From Eledone cirrhosa (lineage: Eukaryota), in contig OZ024754.1 in the NCBI GenBank assembly GCA_964016885.1, forward strand, positions 28,582,001 to 28,646,000: a DNA stretch of 64,000 nt, given 5' to 3'. A model generated the notes under the pieces. It was not told the DNA's origin. It made no database searches and saw nothing but the letters and a program-made list of their open reading frames with translations. The position numbers were made by a program, and so were the translations under genes. Positions 12,181-25,496 of the stretch are shown piece after piece (positions within the stretch are counted from its first letter, which is position 1; each line of letters begins with the position of its first letter).

Positions 12181-14411
12181 TCATCATCATCATCATCATC
12201 AGGTTTAGCGTCCGTGTTCCACGCTTGCATGGGTTTGGACGGGGGTTTTCCCACTTGAGGCAAGAGTGGTTGTCTTGCTCGCATAGAACTGTCTGGCGGG
12301 TTTTCTACAGCTGGATGCCCTTCCTAACACCAACTGCATTTACAGTGTGGGGCTGGGAGGTTTTTACCGTGTTGCCTACACGGCCACATTTACAGCGTGG
12401 ACTGTGTGTTTTTTTGTCGTGACACCTACACGATCTCATTTGTTTCGGCCTGGATGTTGTAGGACCAACATAACTTTACATTGAAAGGGGCGGTGTGGAT
12501 GGGGTGGAGGTGGTGGGACGGGGATGTGTTTTGATAGAGATGCCTACTGACTGTAGTAGGTTTTTACTTTGTATTTAGGTAAGGCGGGTCTTCTCTATTA
12601 CTGAGTACCGCCAAAGGTCTCGGTCCAGTGATATTGTCTTGGAGAGGTGTAAGCGTGTGAGGTCGGAATTTATCATGTCGTCCCAGGTTTTTCTGGGTCT
12701 GCCTACTCCGTGGCTACCGTCTATCTTTATTGCCCTGCACTTTGTTATACAGCTGTCGTCTTTCATGCGCATCACGTGACCGTACCAACGTAGCCTTCTC
12801 TCGAGTAAACAACATCTGATCCCTCTTATCTCTAATTCTTTCCTTAGTTCGTTTATGCTTTGCCGTTCACGTATATTACTATTGCACATCCAGCAGAGCA
12901 TGCAAGCTTCGTTCCTCTCTAGTCTGCGTATATCCTCTGCACACAATGCCCAGGTCTCACTGCCATGCAGCATTGATGTTCGTATGCAGGCATCGTATAA
13001 CCTGCCTTTCATTTTTAGGGAGAACCCTCTAGCGGCTAATAGTGGTATAAGCTCTCTGAACTTTTTCCATCCAGTTCTGACTCTAGCTACTGTACTTTCA
13101 GCGCACCCTCCCCCACTGCTGATTTTGTCACCCCGGTAACGGAAGCTGTCCACTATTTCTATAGTACCCTCTGCGCAGTTGAAGGAGCTAGTATTTTATG
13201 GGCACTTGCTGGTACCTATTGCACCTGAGCACCGGCCACATGTAAAATCTACGTTCTTAGTTAGCTTACCTGTGATCCCACTACATCTTTTATGCACCCA
13301 TACTTTGCATTTGGGACATAAAATGGAGTTTCTACCTACGCTTTTCCTACACACTGAGCATGGCCATTTCCCAGAAGGGACCGCCGCCTTATTTTCTTTC
13401 CTACAAACTAGAACTTTAGTCTTAGCCAAGTTAATTTTAAGGCCTTTTGATTCTAGGCCGTGCTTCCATGTTTGGAATTTCTTCTCTAGTTCGGTCATTG
13501 ATTCAGCTATGAGCGTTAGATCATCTGCGTTTCGGAGTTCCCATGGGCAGCCGGTCTTGAACTCCTCTGTTATAGCCTGAAGGGCAATAATAAATAGTAG
13601 GGGTCTAAGAACAGAGCCCTGATGGCCACCAACTTTTACGCTAAACTCTTCACTATATTCGTTGTTAATTCTAACCTTACTGACTGTTTCTTTATACATG
13701 GCTTGTATAGCTCTCACAAGCCATTCGTCAACACCTAGTTTTCTAAGAGACCACCAGATAATGGAACGGGGGACTCTGTCGAAGGCTTTCTCCAAGTCGA
13801 CAAAAGCTAAGTAGAGGGGTTTACTTTTAGCTAGGTACTTCTCCTGTTGTTGTCGTACAATGAAAAGAGCGTCTGTGGTACTTTTGCCTGACACAAACCC
13901 GAACTGCATTTCATCTAGATCAATTCTCTCTCTGATTAGTTGCGCTATTACTTTTTCCATGACCTTCATGACCTGGTCGATTAATTTAATGCCTCTATAG
14001 TTACTCCTATCTAGGGCATCTCCTTTTCCCTTATAGCAGTTAACGATGATGCTGCTACGCCAGTCCTTCGGAACAACCCCATTCTGTATGACTTGGTTAA
14101 CTATCCGGGTGACCATGGTGTGTCCCACCGAACCAGATGCCTTCAGCATCTCAGCAACTATTTCCGAAGGGCCAGCTGACTTACCCGTCTTCATATCTTT
14201 GATTGCCTTGCTTATTGTACTACCCTGGACTAACACTGCTGGTCCCTCTATTGGGTCGATGTGGGGGAGACTGTCTTTCTCCCATTTATTCTCCTCATTT
14301 AGAAGCCTTTCATAGTGACACTTCCAAGCTACCTTCTTATCAGCGTCGGTGATGGCAAGTATGCCATCATCGTTAAGTACACACTTCTCCCCGACAATAT
14401 CACGGTTTTCC
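12180..14411 (-). mobile_element. 5'-truncated RTE LINE (family C): RT with degenerate catalytic motif (LRNADD), frameshift near 13150-13200, ~400-nt 3' UTR, (TGA)n tail
   Basis: ORFs 13196-14411 and 12575-13153 carry RT motifs. Both flanks are (TA)n. Confidence 0.95.
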
Positions 14412-14638
14412 GTATATATATGTATATATATGTATATATATATATATATATGTATATATATGTATATATATATATATATATGTATATATATGTATATATA
14501 TATATATATGTATATATATGTATATATATATATATATATGTATATATATGTATATATATATATATATATGTATATATATGTATATATATATATATATGTA
14601 TATATATGTATATATATGTATATACATGTATATATATG

Positions 14639-14669
<31 letters not shown>

Positions 14670-14674
14670 GTATA

Positions 14675-14721
<47 letters not shown>

Positions 14722-14794
14722 GTATATATATGTATATATATATATATACATATATATATGTGTATATATATATATATATATATACATACATATA

Positions 14795-14846
<52 letters not shown>

Positions 14847-14856
14847 CATATATATA

Positions 14857-14898
<42 letters not shown>

Positions 14899-14904
14899 CA
14901 TATA

Positions 14905-14992
<88 letters not shown>

Positions 14993-14997
14993 TATAT
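14412..14997. repeat. (TA)n with TG/CA interruptions
   Basis: Directly visible. Confidence 0.97.
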
Positions 14998-15338
14998 GGA
15001 GGCACATGGCTTAGTGGTTAGAGCATTGGCCTTGCAATCGAAAGGTTGTGAGTTCAATTCTAAGACCGGGTGATGTGTTGTTTCCTTGAGCAAGACACTT
15101 TATTTCACATTGCTCCAGTTTACTCAGCTGTAGAAATGAGATGATAGGGACTGAGGTCCCTATCATTCCACTGCAAAGTGGTCGTGTAGGTGCCACGGCA
15201 AAAAAGCACCCAGCACTCACTGTAAATGAGGTTGGTGTTAGGAAGGGCATCCAGCTGTAGAAATAAAGCCAGAATCAGTTCCCGTCCCACCCTTGCAAGC
15301 AGGGAAAAAGTGGACGTAAAATAAAATGAAATGATGAT
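14998..15338 (+). mobile_element. Complete tRNA-derived SINE with RTE-derived 3' module
   Basis: Box A TGGCTTAGTGG and box B GAGTTCAATTC. The 3' end CCCACCCTTGCAAGCAGGGAAAAAGTGGACGTAAAA matches the RTE-A terminus (7118-7151). Both flanks are (TA)n. Confidence 0.9.
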
Positions 15339-17051
<1,713 letters not shown>

Positions 17052-17160
17052 TATCTATCTATCTAAGGCGGGTAAAATTCCCGAGATCCATGGACGAGCT
17101 CTCTCCAGCGGTCTCTGTCCCTCATTGTCGCTGCCATGTCCTGCATCTCCAACAGACCTG
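17052..17160 (-). mobile_element. Short 3' fragment of the RTE/RTEX-like LINE seen at 7172-7421
   Basis: Near-identical TATCTATCTAAGGCGGGTAAAATTCCCGAGATCCATGG... Confidence 0.88.
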
Positions 17161-17452
17161 TTATATATGTATATATATACGTATATATATGTATATATAT
17201 ATGTATATATATATATATAAATATATATATATGAAAAAGTAGGTCCTTCATCAGTGACCCTCCAACCGTTCCAGGCATTTCATCGCTTTAAGGGCCATAT
17301 ACCTCAGGTTGGTGCGAACAACGGCTAAAGAAATTCGTTGGGACACGTAAATAAAGGGGGCGTTAGGGTGAACAAACAAAATGGTTTAAGCAACAGAAAG
17401 TGAGAAGAAAGAGACAAGTCCCAGATTTCTATGAATATAAACTCGGTGAAAT

Positions 17453-17473
17453 ATATATATACGTATATATATG

Positions 17474-17513
<40 letters not shown>

Positions 17514-17769
17514 TATGTATAAATATATATATACGTATATATATGTATATATATATATATATATGTATAAATATATATATATGTATATATATGTATATAT
17601 ATATATGTATATATACGTATATATATATGTATATATATACTTATATATATATATATATATGTATATATATACTTATATATATATATATATATGTATATAT
17701 ATACTTATATATATGTATATATATATATACTTATATATATGTATATATATATATACATATATACGTATA

Positions 17770-17824
<55 letters not shown>

Positions 17825-17845
17825 GTATATATATGTATATATACA
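17453..17845. repeat. Interrupted (TA)n
   Basis: Directly visible. Confidence 0.95.
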
Positions 17846-18169
17846 CATACACACAAATGTATTTGTTCTGCATTACTGGAATCATGGCCATGTTTTGTTG
17901 TTTTCTTTGTTATTTCTGTTTGCCTTTTGCATACTTATATATTTATATATACATATACACACACACACATAATATAAATATATCTATATATAAAATTATA
18001 AGTTTGAAGAACAGTCAGACAAAATATATCCAATTTTTTTTCTTAGTCCATAGAAATCAACTAAATAAATAATCATTTAAACGGAGCTAAGTTTAAAATG
18101 TAACTTTGAAGTAATAACAGATGTCACAGACTATCCCATGTAAAATTTACCTAGTCTTTCATATTAAGT

Positions 18170-18712
18170 TGTAGTTCCTGTATATTTGTTTGTTCATGAA
18201 CTCCTCCTATGGTTTTGGAGATAGAACCCCATAACCATATATATTCTGAAACTACATTGCCCAGGGTACTTGGATAAGTATATTTCATTTTAATCAAAGG
18301 GTTCCCCGGGGGCACAAACCTCCGCTGAAAATGTTTTCCCTTCGATTTATATGAAATTTAAACCATAGGTAAATGACAAGATATGATGCCTATTCACAAA
18401 ATTCCAGCAAATTTCAATAATATTAAGACACCCTAATGGGGGTTAAACCCCATATAGTGAATATTTTGGAAGCCAATAACTTGAGTATTGGAACTTTGAA
18501 TTTCTAATTTGAAAATAATGCTTTACACAAAAATGAAATGACCAAGTTTTGAATTGATATTTTGAAAAAAATTATTTACAAGAAACAAAATAAGAATAAG
18601 ATTTAAAAATGTAATTTTGATTTGATATATTACAAAAAATAATGTTTTCCAATTTTTCATGCATTACATTTTACATTGAGTAGTATTGAAATGCAGGGTA
18701 ATTTGGCTAGTA
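18170..18712 (+). mobile_element. Possible non-autonomous Helitron-like element
   Basis: The 5' part has GTTTGTTTGTTCATGAACTCCTCC and the 3' end is GAAATGCAGGGTAATTTGGCTAGT, ending in CTAG before T. Recognised by resemblance only. Confidence 0.35.
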
Positions 18713-19435
18713 CACACACACACACACACACACATAATATATTCCCCTGAGTTATAACAATCTCCTCATTCTGTGGTAGTATACCCCCCTCATCTGGAAG
18801 GCAACATGTAGTAACACCTTCTCCAGCAGCAACATGATGCATGGAGTAGTAATGTTTGAGCAGACTGTTTGAATTACGATGTTTTCAATTTATACTTTCC
18901 AATAATGTCTTGCTAATGTGGTTTCATGCGACACATGAAATTAATAGTTAATCAATTGCAGTGTAGTGTATTCCATTAGAAATATGGTCATGAAAGGGTT
19001 AAAAGAAATAGTTTTGTATCATAGAACAAGCGGTGGTTTCAGGCAGTTTAGTATCAAATGTGTTAAAATGTTTTTACTGTTCACTATGAGATGAGGTCGA
19101 ATTGAAGAATTTATTTTTCCTATTTTTATTTTTGGCTAGGAAAAACACAGATTTTATTTCCAAGCCTTTTCATTAGTGTTCAATAAAAATAAACAAAAAC
19201 CAATAAATATAATAGAGATGTTAAGTTGACTTTGATCATTTGGTTTTGTTTTTTTTTTGTCAAAAAAATTGAGCAGATTTTTTTTTGATTTTTTCCTTTC
19301 CTTTTGATCCTTTTCTTTCTTTTTTCAATTTCTTTCTTGTCCTATATCTATGATAAAGTTGGATGGATGTCATAGACAAATATTTTACTATGTATTTCAA
19401 AATACTCCTTCAAACACATATAAAGCATTCACCTT

Positions 19436-19437
<2 letters not shown>

Positions 19438-19524
<87 letters not shown>

Positions 19525-19945
19525 CCCTCTCTCCCTCGCCCTCTCTCTTTCACACACAAACACTTGCACACATCTCTCTCTCTCCCACAAACATTTGCAC
19601 AGAACTACCCACACACAACTACCCACACACACATCTACACAGACTCACACAGTTAACCCCATATGCACACACCCCACCAACATCATCCACATCTGCACAC
19701 AATCATATACCAAATTACACTGACAACTACATATATTCAGCTTATACGTGTGTGTGTGTATCTGTATCTGTGTGCATCAGTGTTTGTCTGTCTGTGTGTG
19801 TGTTTGTATGTTTGTGTGTGTGCTTGTGTTTGTCTGTGTGTATGCTTGTGTTTGTCTGTGTGTGTGTTTCTGTTTGTTTCTGTGTGTGTGTGCTTCTGTT
19901 TGTTTCTGTGTGTTTGTTTATCTGTCTGTGCATGTGTGTGCATGT
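19438..19945. repeat. (CT)n followed by degenerate (CA)n and (GT)n microsatellites
   Basis: Directly visible. Confidence 0.9.
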
Positions 19946-20164
19946 GAATCTGTATAAGTATTTGTCAACTTTTAATATTTTGCTGTGATCTAGTGTTTGC
20001 TAAACTCTTAACTACCTGAGGTTGTTTCCACTTCCTAAACAACCATTTCAACACAGGTATGGCTGGTTGTCATTGGAAACAAATTACAGGTAAACACTAT
20101 TAGTATAAATCTGATTTTATCATACATTTATATAAATGTATCTTATCTGTATATAATGATAGTA

Positions 20165-20485
20165 AGGAAGTTATTTAGTGGTGAGGGTTTGGCTCACAGT
20201 TGCAAGCTTGTGAGTTCAATTCATCGCAGTTGGGTGTGTCCTTGAAGAAGACACTTTATTCACATTGTTTCAGTTTTACTTGTATTTCCAAGGACCGTTT
20301 TACTTGTATTTCCAAGGACCAGTCTTGTCACCAACTATCACACTGGATCTCCCCGAGAAGAACATTAGAACTACACATGTCTGATGGAGGTCTAACAACA
20401 ACTTACAGAAACCCCAAGCTCTAGGCAAAGTTTCTGTTTATACATGTGTTAGCAGGTCACAAACTGATCTGAGTTGTTTGAAGGT
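20165..20485 (+). mobile_element. Decayed tRNA-SINE with internal 24-bp tandem duplication
   Basis: TTAGTGG...GAGTTCAATT...TCCTTGAAGAAGACACTTTATTCAC, with GTTTTACTTGTATTTCCAAGGACC repeated twice. Confidence 0.7.
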
Positions 20486-20504
20486 TTAATAGAGTTATTT
20501 GGAG

Positions 20505-20625
20505 TTTTCATTCTGGCATTCTAAGCTCTGAGTTAAAATGACACCAAAGTTAACTTTGCCTTTTATCCTTTCAAGTCTGATTAATAAAGTACTAGTCTAA
20601 TACCAGGCTGATCCTTCCTCGACAT
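20505..20625 (+). mobile_element. Fragment of second SINE family (CTGAGTTCAAAT...CTTTGCCTTTCATCC...AGTACCAG)
   Basis: Homologous to 30590-30760(-), 34940-35140, 35365-35520 and 37885-38015. Confidence 0.65.
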
Positions 20626-20642
20626 CTCTTTCCCAATTCGTT

Positions 20643-20720
<78 letters not shown>

Positions 20721-20861
20721 AAACACAAAGTGGCATGTTTTCAATTACAGGGAACAGAGAACCACTAGAGTGCAAAGCATAAAGTTTACGAAAGGAGTGG
20801 AAAATACATATTAATTAGAAGAATAAATCAAAATGCACAGACCAACCTTTAATAACTATAA

Positions 20862-20920
20862 ACACCTGGACAAACTCTAATAGGAGAATGTTTCGCCACT
20901 TAGGGCTTCTCAACAGGTGT
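20862..20920 (-). ncRNA. Hammerhead ribozyme, U3-A8 variant (left-arm copy)
   Basis: Minus strand reads ACACCTG-TTGAGAA-GCC-CTAAGT-GGC-GAAAC-ATTCTCCTATTAGAGTTT-GTC|CAGGTGT. Confidence 0.75.
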
Positions 20921-21241
20921 AAAGACAGTATTGTCCACACTTCTAAAAATACTTCAGACAACTAAAATAACACACATATGCTACACAGTTCATACTGGCT
21001 TGAATGGATCAAACTTGCGAGTTTTTAACTCTGTTTTTTAATTTGATATTTTGGCTCCTAATTGATTTCTTTATGTAAGTTGAGCTTCTTAAGTTGAATG
21101 GTTCTGGGCTGCTATTTCTAGCTGTCTTTTGGTCCATTGAAGCCAGTATGAATTGTGTAGCACATGTTTTCATCTCTTTTTACCATGTGTGTTATTTTAG
21201 TTGTCTGAAGTATTTTTAGAAGTGTGGACCATACTGTCTTT

Positions 21242-21300
21242 ACACCTGTTGAGAAGCCCAAAGTGGCGAAACATTCTCTTATTAGAGTTTGTCCAGGTGT
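21242..21300 (+). ncRNA. Hammerhead ribozyme, U3-A8 variant (right-arm copy)
   Basis: ACACCTG-TTGAGAA-GCC-CAAAGT-GGC-GAAAC-ATTCTCTTATTAGAGTTT-GTC|CAGGTGT. Stem I is a perfect 7 bp, stem III is extended and the triplet is GUC. Confidence 0.78.
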
Positions 21301-21658
21301 TTATAGTTATAAAAGGTTGGTCTGTGCATTTTGATTTATTCTTTTAATCAATATGTATTTTCCACTCCTTTCGTGGACTTTGTTTTTGATTCTAGTGGTT
21401 CTTTGTCCCCTATAACTGAAAACATGCCTCTTTGTGTTTTCTTCTCTATAAACTGTATCTATTCCTTGAGCTCATTAAATTACAGGGGATTAACATGAGT
21501 TTTTAATGCCATTTTTTAATTTGATAGATATATATATTGGTGGAACCAATCCCTCCCTGTGTCTAAACATAGCTGTTTTCTTATATATATATATATATTT
21601 ATTTCGTTTCTGAATTTGTTTAGCAAGATTCTTTATCTGAAAACGTGTGTTGAAACCA

Positions 21659-22104
21659 ATATTGTTATACTTTGGGAGGGTCATGTTGCCAATAAGAAAC
21701 ACACGCACCAGTTGCTTTCACTTCAATTTATTATAATAAATTTATAAATTTAGGAATTTATAAATTTCTGGTTGGTTGGTTGGTTGGTTCCACAACCAGA
21801 TGATTGTTTATATATTGTCAAAGTTCTTTCGTCACACATCCTGTGACCTCTTCAAAGGAGAGGCACAGAACAAAGGAGAGGCACAAAAACAAAGAAAAGA
21901 ATCCCCAGTCACTGAAGAGGTCACAGAATGTGTGACGAAAGAACTTTGACAATATATAAACAATCATCTGGTTGTGAAACCAACCAACCAACCAGAAATT
22001 TATAAATTCCTAAATTTATAAATTTATTATAATAAATTGAAGTGAAAGCAACTGGTGCGTGTGTTTCTTATTGGCAACATGACCCTCCCAAAGTATAACA
22101 ATAT
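21659..22104. repeat. Near-perfect inverted repeat (21659-21854 / 21913-22104), 58-nt spacer
   Basis: Arms are reverse complements except for the TTGG copy number and about 2 substitutions. The spacer has AAAGGAGAGGCACA twice. Confidence 0.96.
21908..21950 (+). ncRNA. Minimal type I hammerhead ribozyme motif
   Basis: GTCA-CTGAAGA-G-GTCACA-GAATG-TGTGAC-GAAA-GAAC-TT|TGAC. Stem I is GTCA/TGAC, stem II is 6 bp and the triplet is CUU. Confidence 0.75.
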
Positions 22105-22269
22105 ATATATATATATATAAGAAACATAAGCTATGTTCAGATACAAGGAGGGAATCTTGCTTAAGACATATTACATATCATGACAGCACCACTTTGGCTC
22201 AATCAGGATTTCATGTCCCATGGTATGACATATATGTTACCAACAAAGTAGGAAACCCATCCTTGCATA

Positions 22270-22955
22270 ATTTGAATGAACTGCAGAATCAATTATTTCT
22301 TTATTTAGCTGGTGTTTGGAGCATAATTTAAAAGTACTTGCATAAAATTATAATGGAAGATTTCTAGATAAATATAAATGTTTTAACACGTTTTGTATAG
22401 TAAAACCAATGGTGCATTTGTGTGATATGGTATCAAAAGGTTTTATACCTTTTCATTTCCATATTTTCAATGAAAGACACTGCCTATGATTTTCAGATAT
22501 ATTTGAAAATTATCAAGAATTTTTAATGATTTGGTAATATAACTAGCTTTCAAATTATTAAGTTGGTTCGCAACATAGCTTAACAAAGGTTCTTACATTA
22601 AATTTTGATGGAAGTTTTAAACACTTTAAAACAAACAATTTTATATCATAGAACAAGGGTACATCTTTATATGGTATGTTTATATGGTATATTAACCTCT
22701 CATTACCAGGTTTCCAATGAAAGGCACTGACTTCGATTTTTAAATAATTTTGAAAATGATCAGAAATTTGGAAAGATTAAGTTATTTAACTAACTTTCTC
22801 ATTATTAAGATGGTGCTTTGAGCTGAAGAAACCGAACAAAGGTTCATACATAAACTTGTGGTAGCATATTTTTAGATGAATGCAAAACTTTAATATTCAC
22901 AGCTCTGCATCATATAACTATAGTTTCAAGCATTTGTGTATCAAAAGGGCTAAAA
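22270..22955 (+). mobile_element. About three tandem decayed copies of a ~250-bp TTAA-ended MITE-like family
   Basis: Repeated ...CCATATTT.CAATGAAAG.CACTG...AACAAAGGTTC.TACAT...GTATCAAAAGG units. Relatives lie at 18970-19065, 30770-30890, 31078-31180 and 40600-41220. Confidence 0.6.
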
Positions 22956-23049
22956 CTATGTTATCTTCACATCCTTTTAATGTTTTGAATTTGAAATGAA
23001 TTTATGAAGGGATGACATATATATATATCTATACATCCTTCTTCTTCTC

Positions 23050-24931
23050 CTCTGTCCCCCAATGCAGGTCCTCTCACACCCTCCCCCTCTCTCTCTCTCT
23101 CTCAGCAAGTATAGAATGAACCTGTCGGTGGTCACAAATTTCAGAATTCTTCGAATGGTCGTTTTGAGAAATGTAATGTATTTCACTCCATTTTCTTGTC
23201 TCTCCATGCTTTACTCAGTCCATTTACTTAGAATCCAATCTTTCAATTTTATTTGATAATTCTGTCAGACCCTCAAAAACAATCTTCTCATATTTAAACT
23301 CTGATTACTGTTATACGTTAGTTTAAATTATGGTCGAATTTATAGGTTTAGATTATAAAAATAACCTTCTCGTTAACCTCCCCATTCCCCCCCCCCCCCA
23401 TTCGCCACCATTATTATATGGTCCAATCGTAATTCAGTGGCTTATATGTTTCCCTTACAAATCTCTTTTACAAAACCACCACCTCGGCTATCACTCCTTA
23501 AGTTTAAACCTGGTTGCCTTTGATATGCTAGATGGACTATAGAATTCTGGAGAGTATGAGGAATCTGGACACTCAAATGACAATGTCAAAGATAAAGATA
23601 AATTCACCTCATGTTGCCGGACGAGAATGCACAGATTCCTCTTTATTTCAGACGCGGATGGCTAACATAACCCCATCTCCCTCACCCCTCCTATCACCTC
23701 CAACCCACCATCACTTCCACCCACCAAACGAAATCCAAAACTTCAGAGTTGGCACCATGAATGTAGGCACTTTAAAAGGTTGTTCTAATGAGGTTGTAGA
23801 GATGCTTGGACGTAAGGAATTTGATGCTTGTTGTGTCCAAGAGACTAGGTGGAGGGGTGGATCTGCTAGATTCATTGTGGGTAAAAAACGATGCTATAAA
23901 CTTTTCTGGGTGGGAAATGAAAATGGGCTGGGTGGAGTAGGAATTATGTTAGCAGAAAAATGGGTAGATAAAGTAATTGACGTGAATAAAGTGAACGACA
24001 GAATAATCAAAATAAGACTTGTCCTAAATAGAATTACTGTGACAATAATATCCGCTTACGCACCCTAATCTGGACTGACTGGCGTTATAAAAGACAGATT
24101 CTATGAGTCGCTAATGCTCACTACCTCCCAACTAACCGACAGTGACTACATAATTATTGCTGGTGACCTAAATGGTCACATTGGACAACATTCTGATGGC
24201 TATAATGGAATCCATGGAGGCTATGCGTTTGGTACCAGAGATGAGGAAGGCTTCAGAATCATGGAATTCTGTGACGCTAATAACCTAACTATCTGTAACA
24301 CAAACTTAAAAAAAAACGAGACAATCACTTGATCACCTACAGATCAGGAGAACACGCCAGTGAGATAGATTATATCCTTACCAGAAGATGTTACAAAATG
24401 TCTGTTGTAAACACTAAATCCTTCTCCCGTGAAGAATGCACCTCCCAACGTAGCCTCATAGTTAGTGACCTCATAGTCAGGACGAGACGTACTCGACAAC
24501 AGAGGAGGACTACCCTGAGAAGAAGAATATGGAAGTTAAAGGATCCCACAGCCAGTAACAAATTTAAAAGCATATTACTTGATGCTTTTGACAGTAAGGA
24601 AGAGCAATTAGAGACGTACAATATAGAGGAACAGTGGGAATTCCTGAAAGTTAGCCTGCTGAAGGCGACAGATGAAGTCTGTGGCTGGAGCAGACCTATA
24701 GGCAGGAGGAGAGTAACATGGTGGTGGAAAAATAAGGTGGAGTAGTCAATCAAGGCCAAAAAACAAACTTGGAGAATATAGCGAGATGGGAGAAGTAGAG
24801 AACACTATCAGCCGTAGAAAACATGCCAGACAATCCTATACGAGCAAGACATCCAATCTTGCCTCAAGTGGGACAATTCCTGTCTAAACCCATGCTAGCA
24901 TGGAAGATAGGTGTTGAACAATGATGATGAT
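23050..24931 (+). mobile_element. RTE family C derivative: 5' UTR and decayed APE joined directly to the 3' tail (RT deleted)
   Basis: FRVGTMNVGTLKG...VQETRW...ISAYAP*...GDLNGHIG...VTWWWKN, then at ~24808 CAGCCGTAGAAAA...CTTGCCTCAAGTGGGA...AACCCATGCTAGCATGGAA...(TGA)n. Confidence 0.88.
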
Positions 24932-25292
24932 ATATATCACTGTAACAAATTTTAATGTTAAAACAATTTGTCTTTAAATTTTCTTGTTTATTTTAACCAT
25001 TTAAGAATAAGTTTTCCATTGTTCTTTCTAAAAATACTATCAAAGTTTCTTCCATAAAATTAAATTGATCTCTATGAAATTAAACGTGATTTTCCAAAAA
25101 TCATTATTTTCAATAAATCGAATTTTGTTTATATTGTTTTTTTTAAAGGAAACGTTTAATGATTAATTTTCGTTTGAAGACACCAAATCTTATTTAAAAA
25201 TATATCATTAAGGTAACTAACTTCACAGTAAATAAACTGATTTACTCAATGCCATTATTTTGATGTGCATTTTTGCTATTTGTTGTGAAGAA

Positions 25293-25400
25293 ATAGGTGC
25301 AGATATGATCATGTGATTAAGGAGTGCATTATATAATCATTCTTTCAGCTACAGTCCCACTGTGTGGCACCTTTGGCTAGTGTTTTCTTGTATAGCTTCA
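25293..25400 (+). mobile_element. Highly decayed tRNA-SINE head
   Basis: GGTGCAGATATG...AGTCCCACTGTGTGGCACCTTTGGCTAGTGTTTTCT. A similar relic lies at 36855-36960. Confidence 0.45.
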
Positions 25401-25404
25401 ATTA

Positions 25405-25441
<37 letters not shown>

Positions 25442-25442
25442 T

Positions 25443-25486
25443 CCAACCCATGCAAGCATGGAAAAACGGACATAAAAACAATGATA
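25443..25486 (+). mobile_element. Isolated RTE 3' tail module
   Basis: CCAACCCATGCAAGCATGGAAAAACGGACATAAAAACAATGAT after (TA)n. Confidence 0.75.
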
Positions 25487-25496
25487 TATATTTTTA

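Larger units (their letters stand above)
20718..21447. repeat. Long imperfect inverted repeat (arms ~20718-21013 / 21128-21447), each arm carrying a hammerhead motif
   Basis: Arms are reverse complements with scattered substitutions and a ~20-nt insert in the right arm. Confidence 0.95.

Noticed and set aside
18760-18810. Hammerhead-like CAGATGA...GAAT on the minus strand
   Set aside because: Both core halves are mismatched and no stem I or III is supported.
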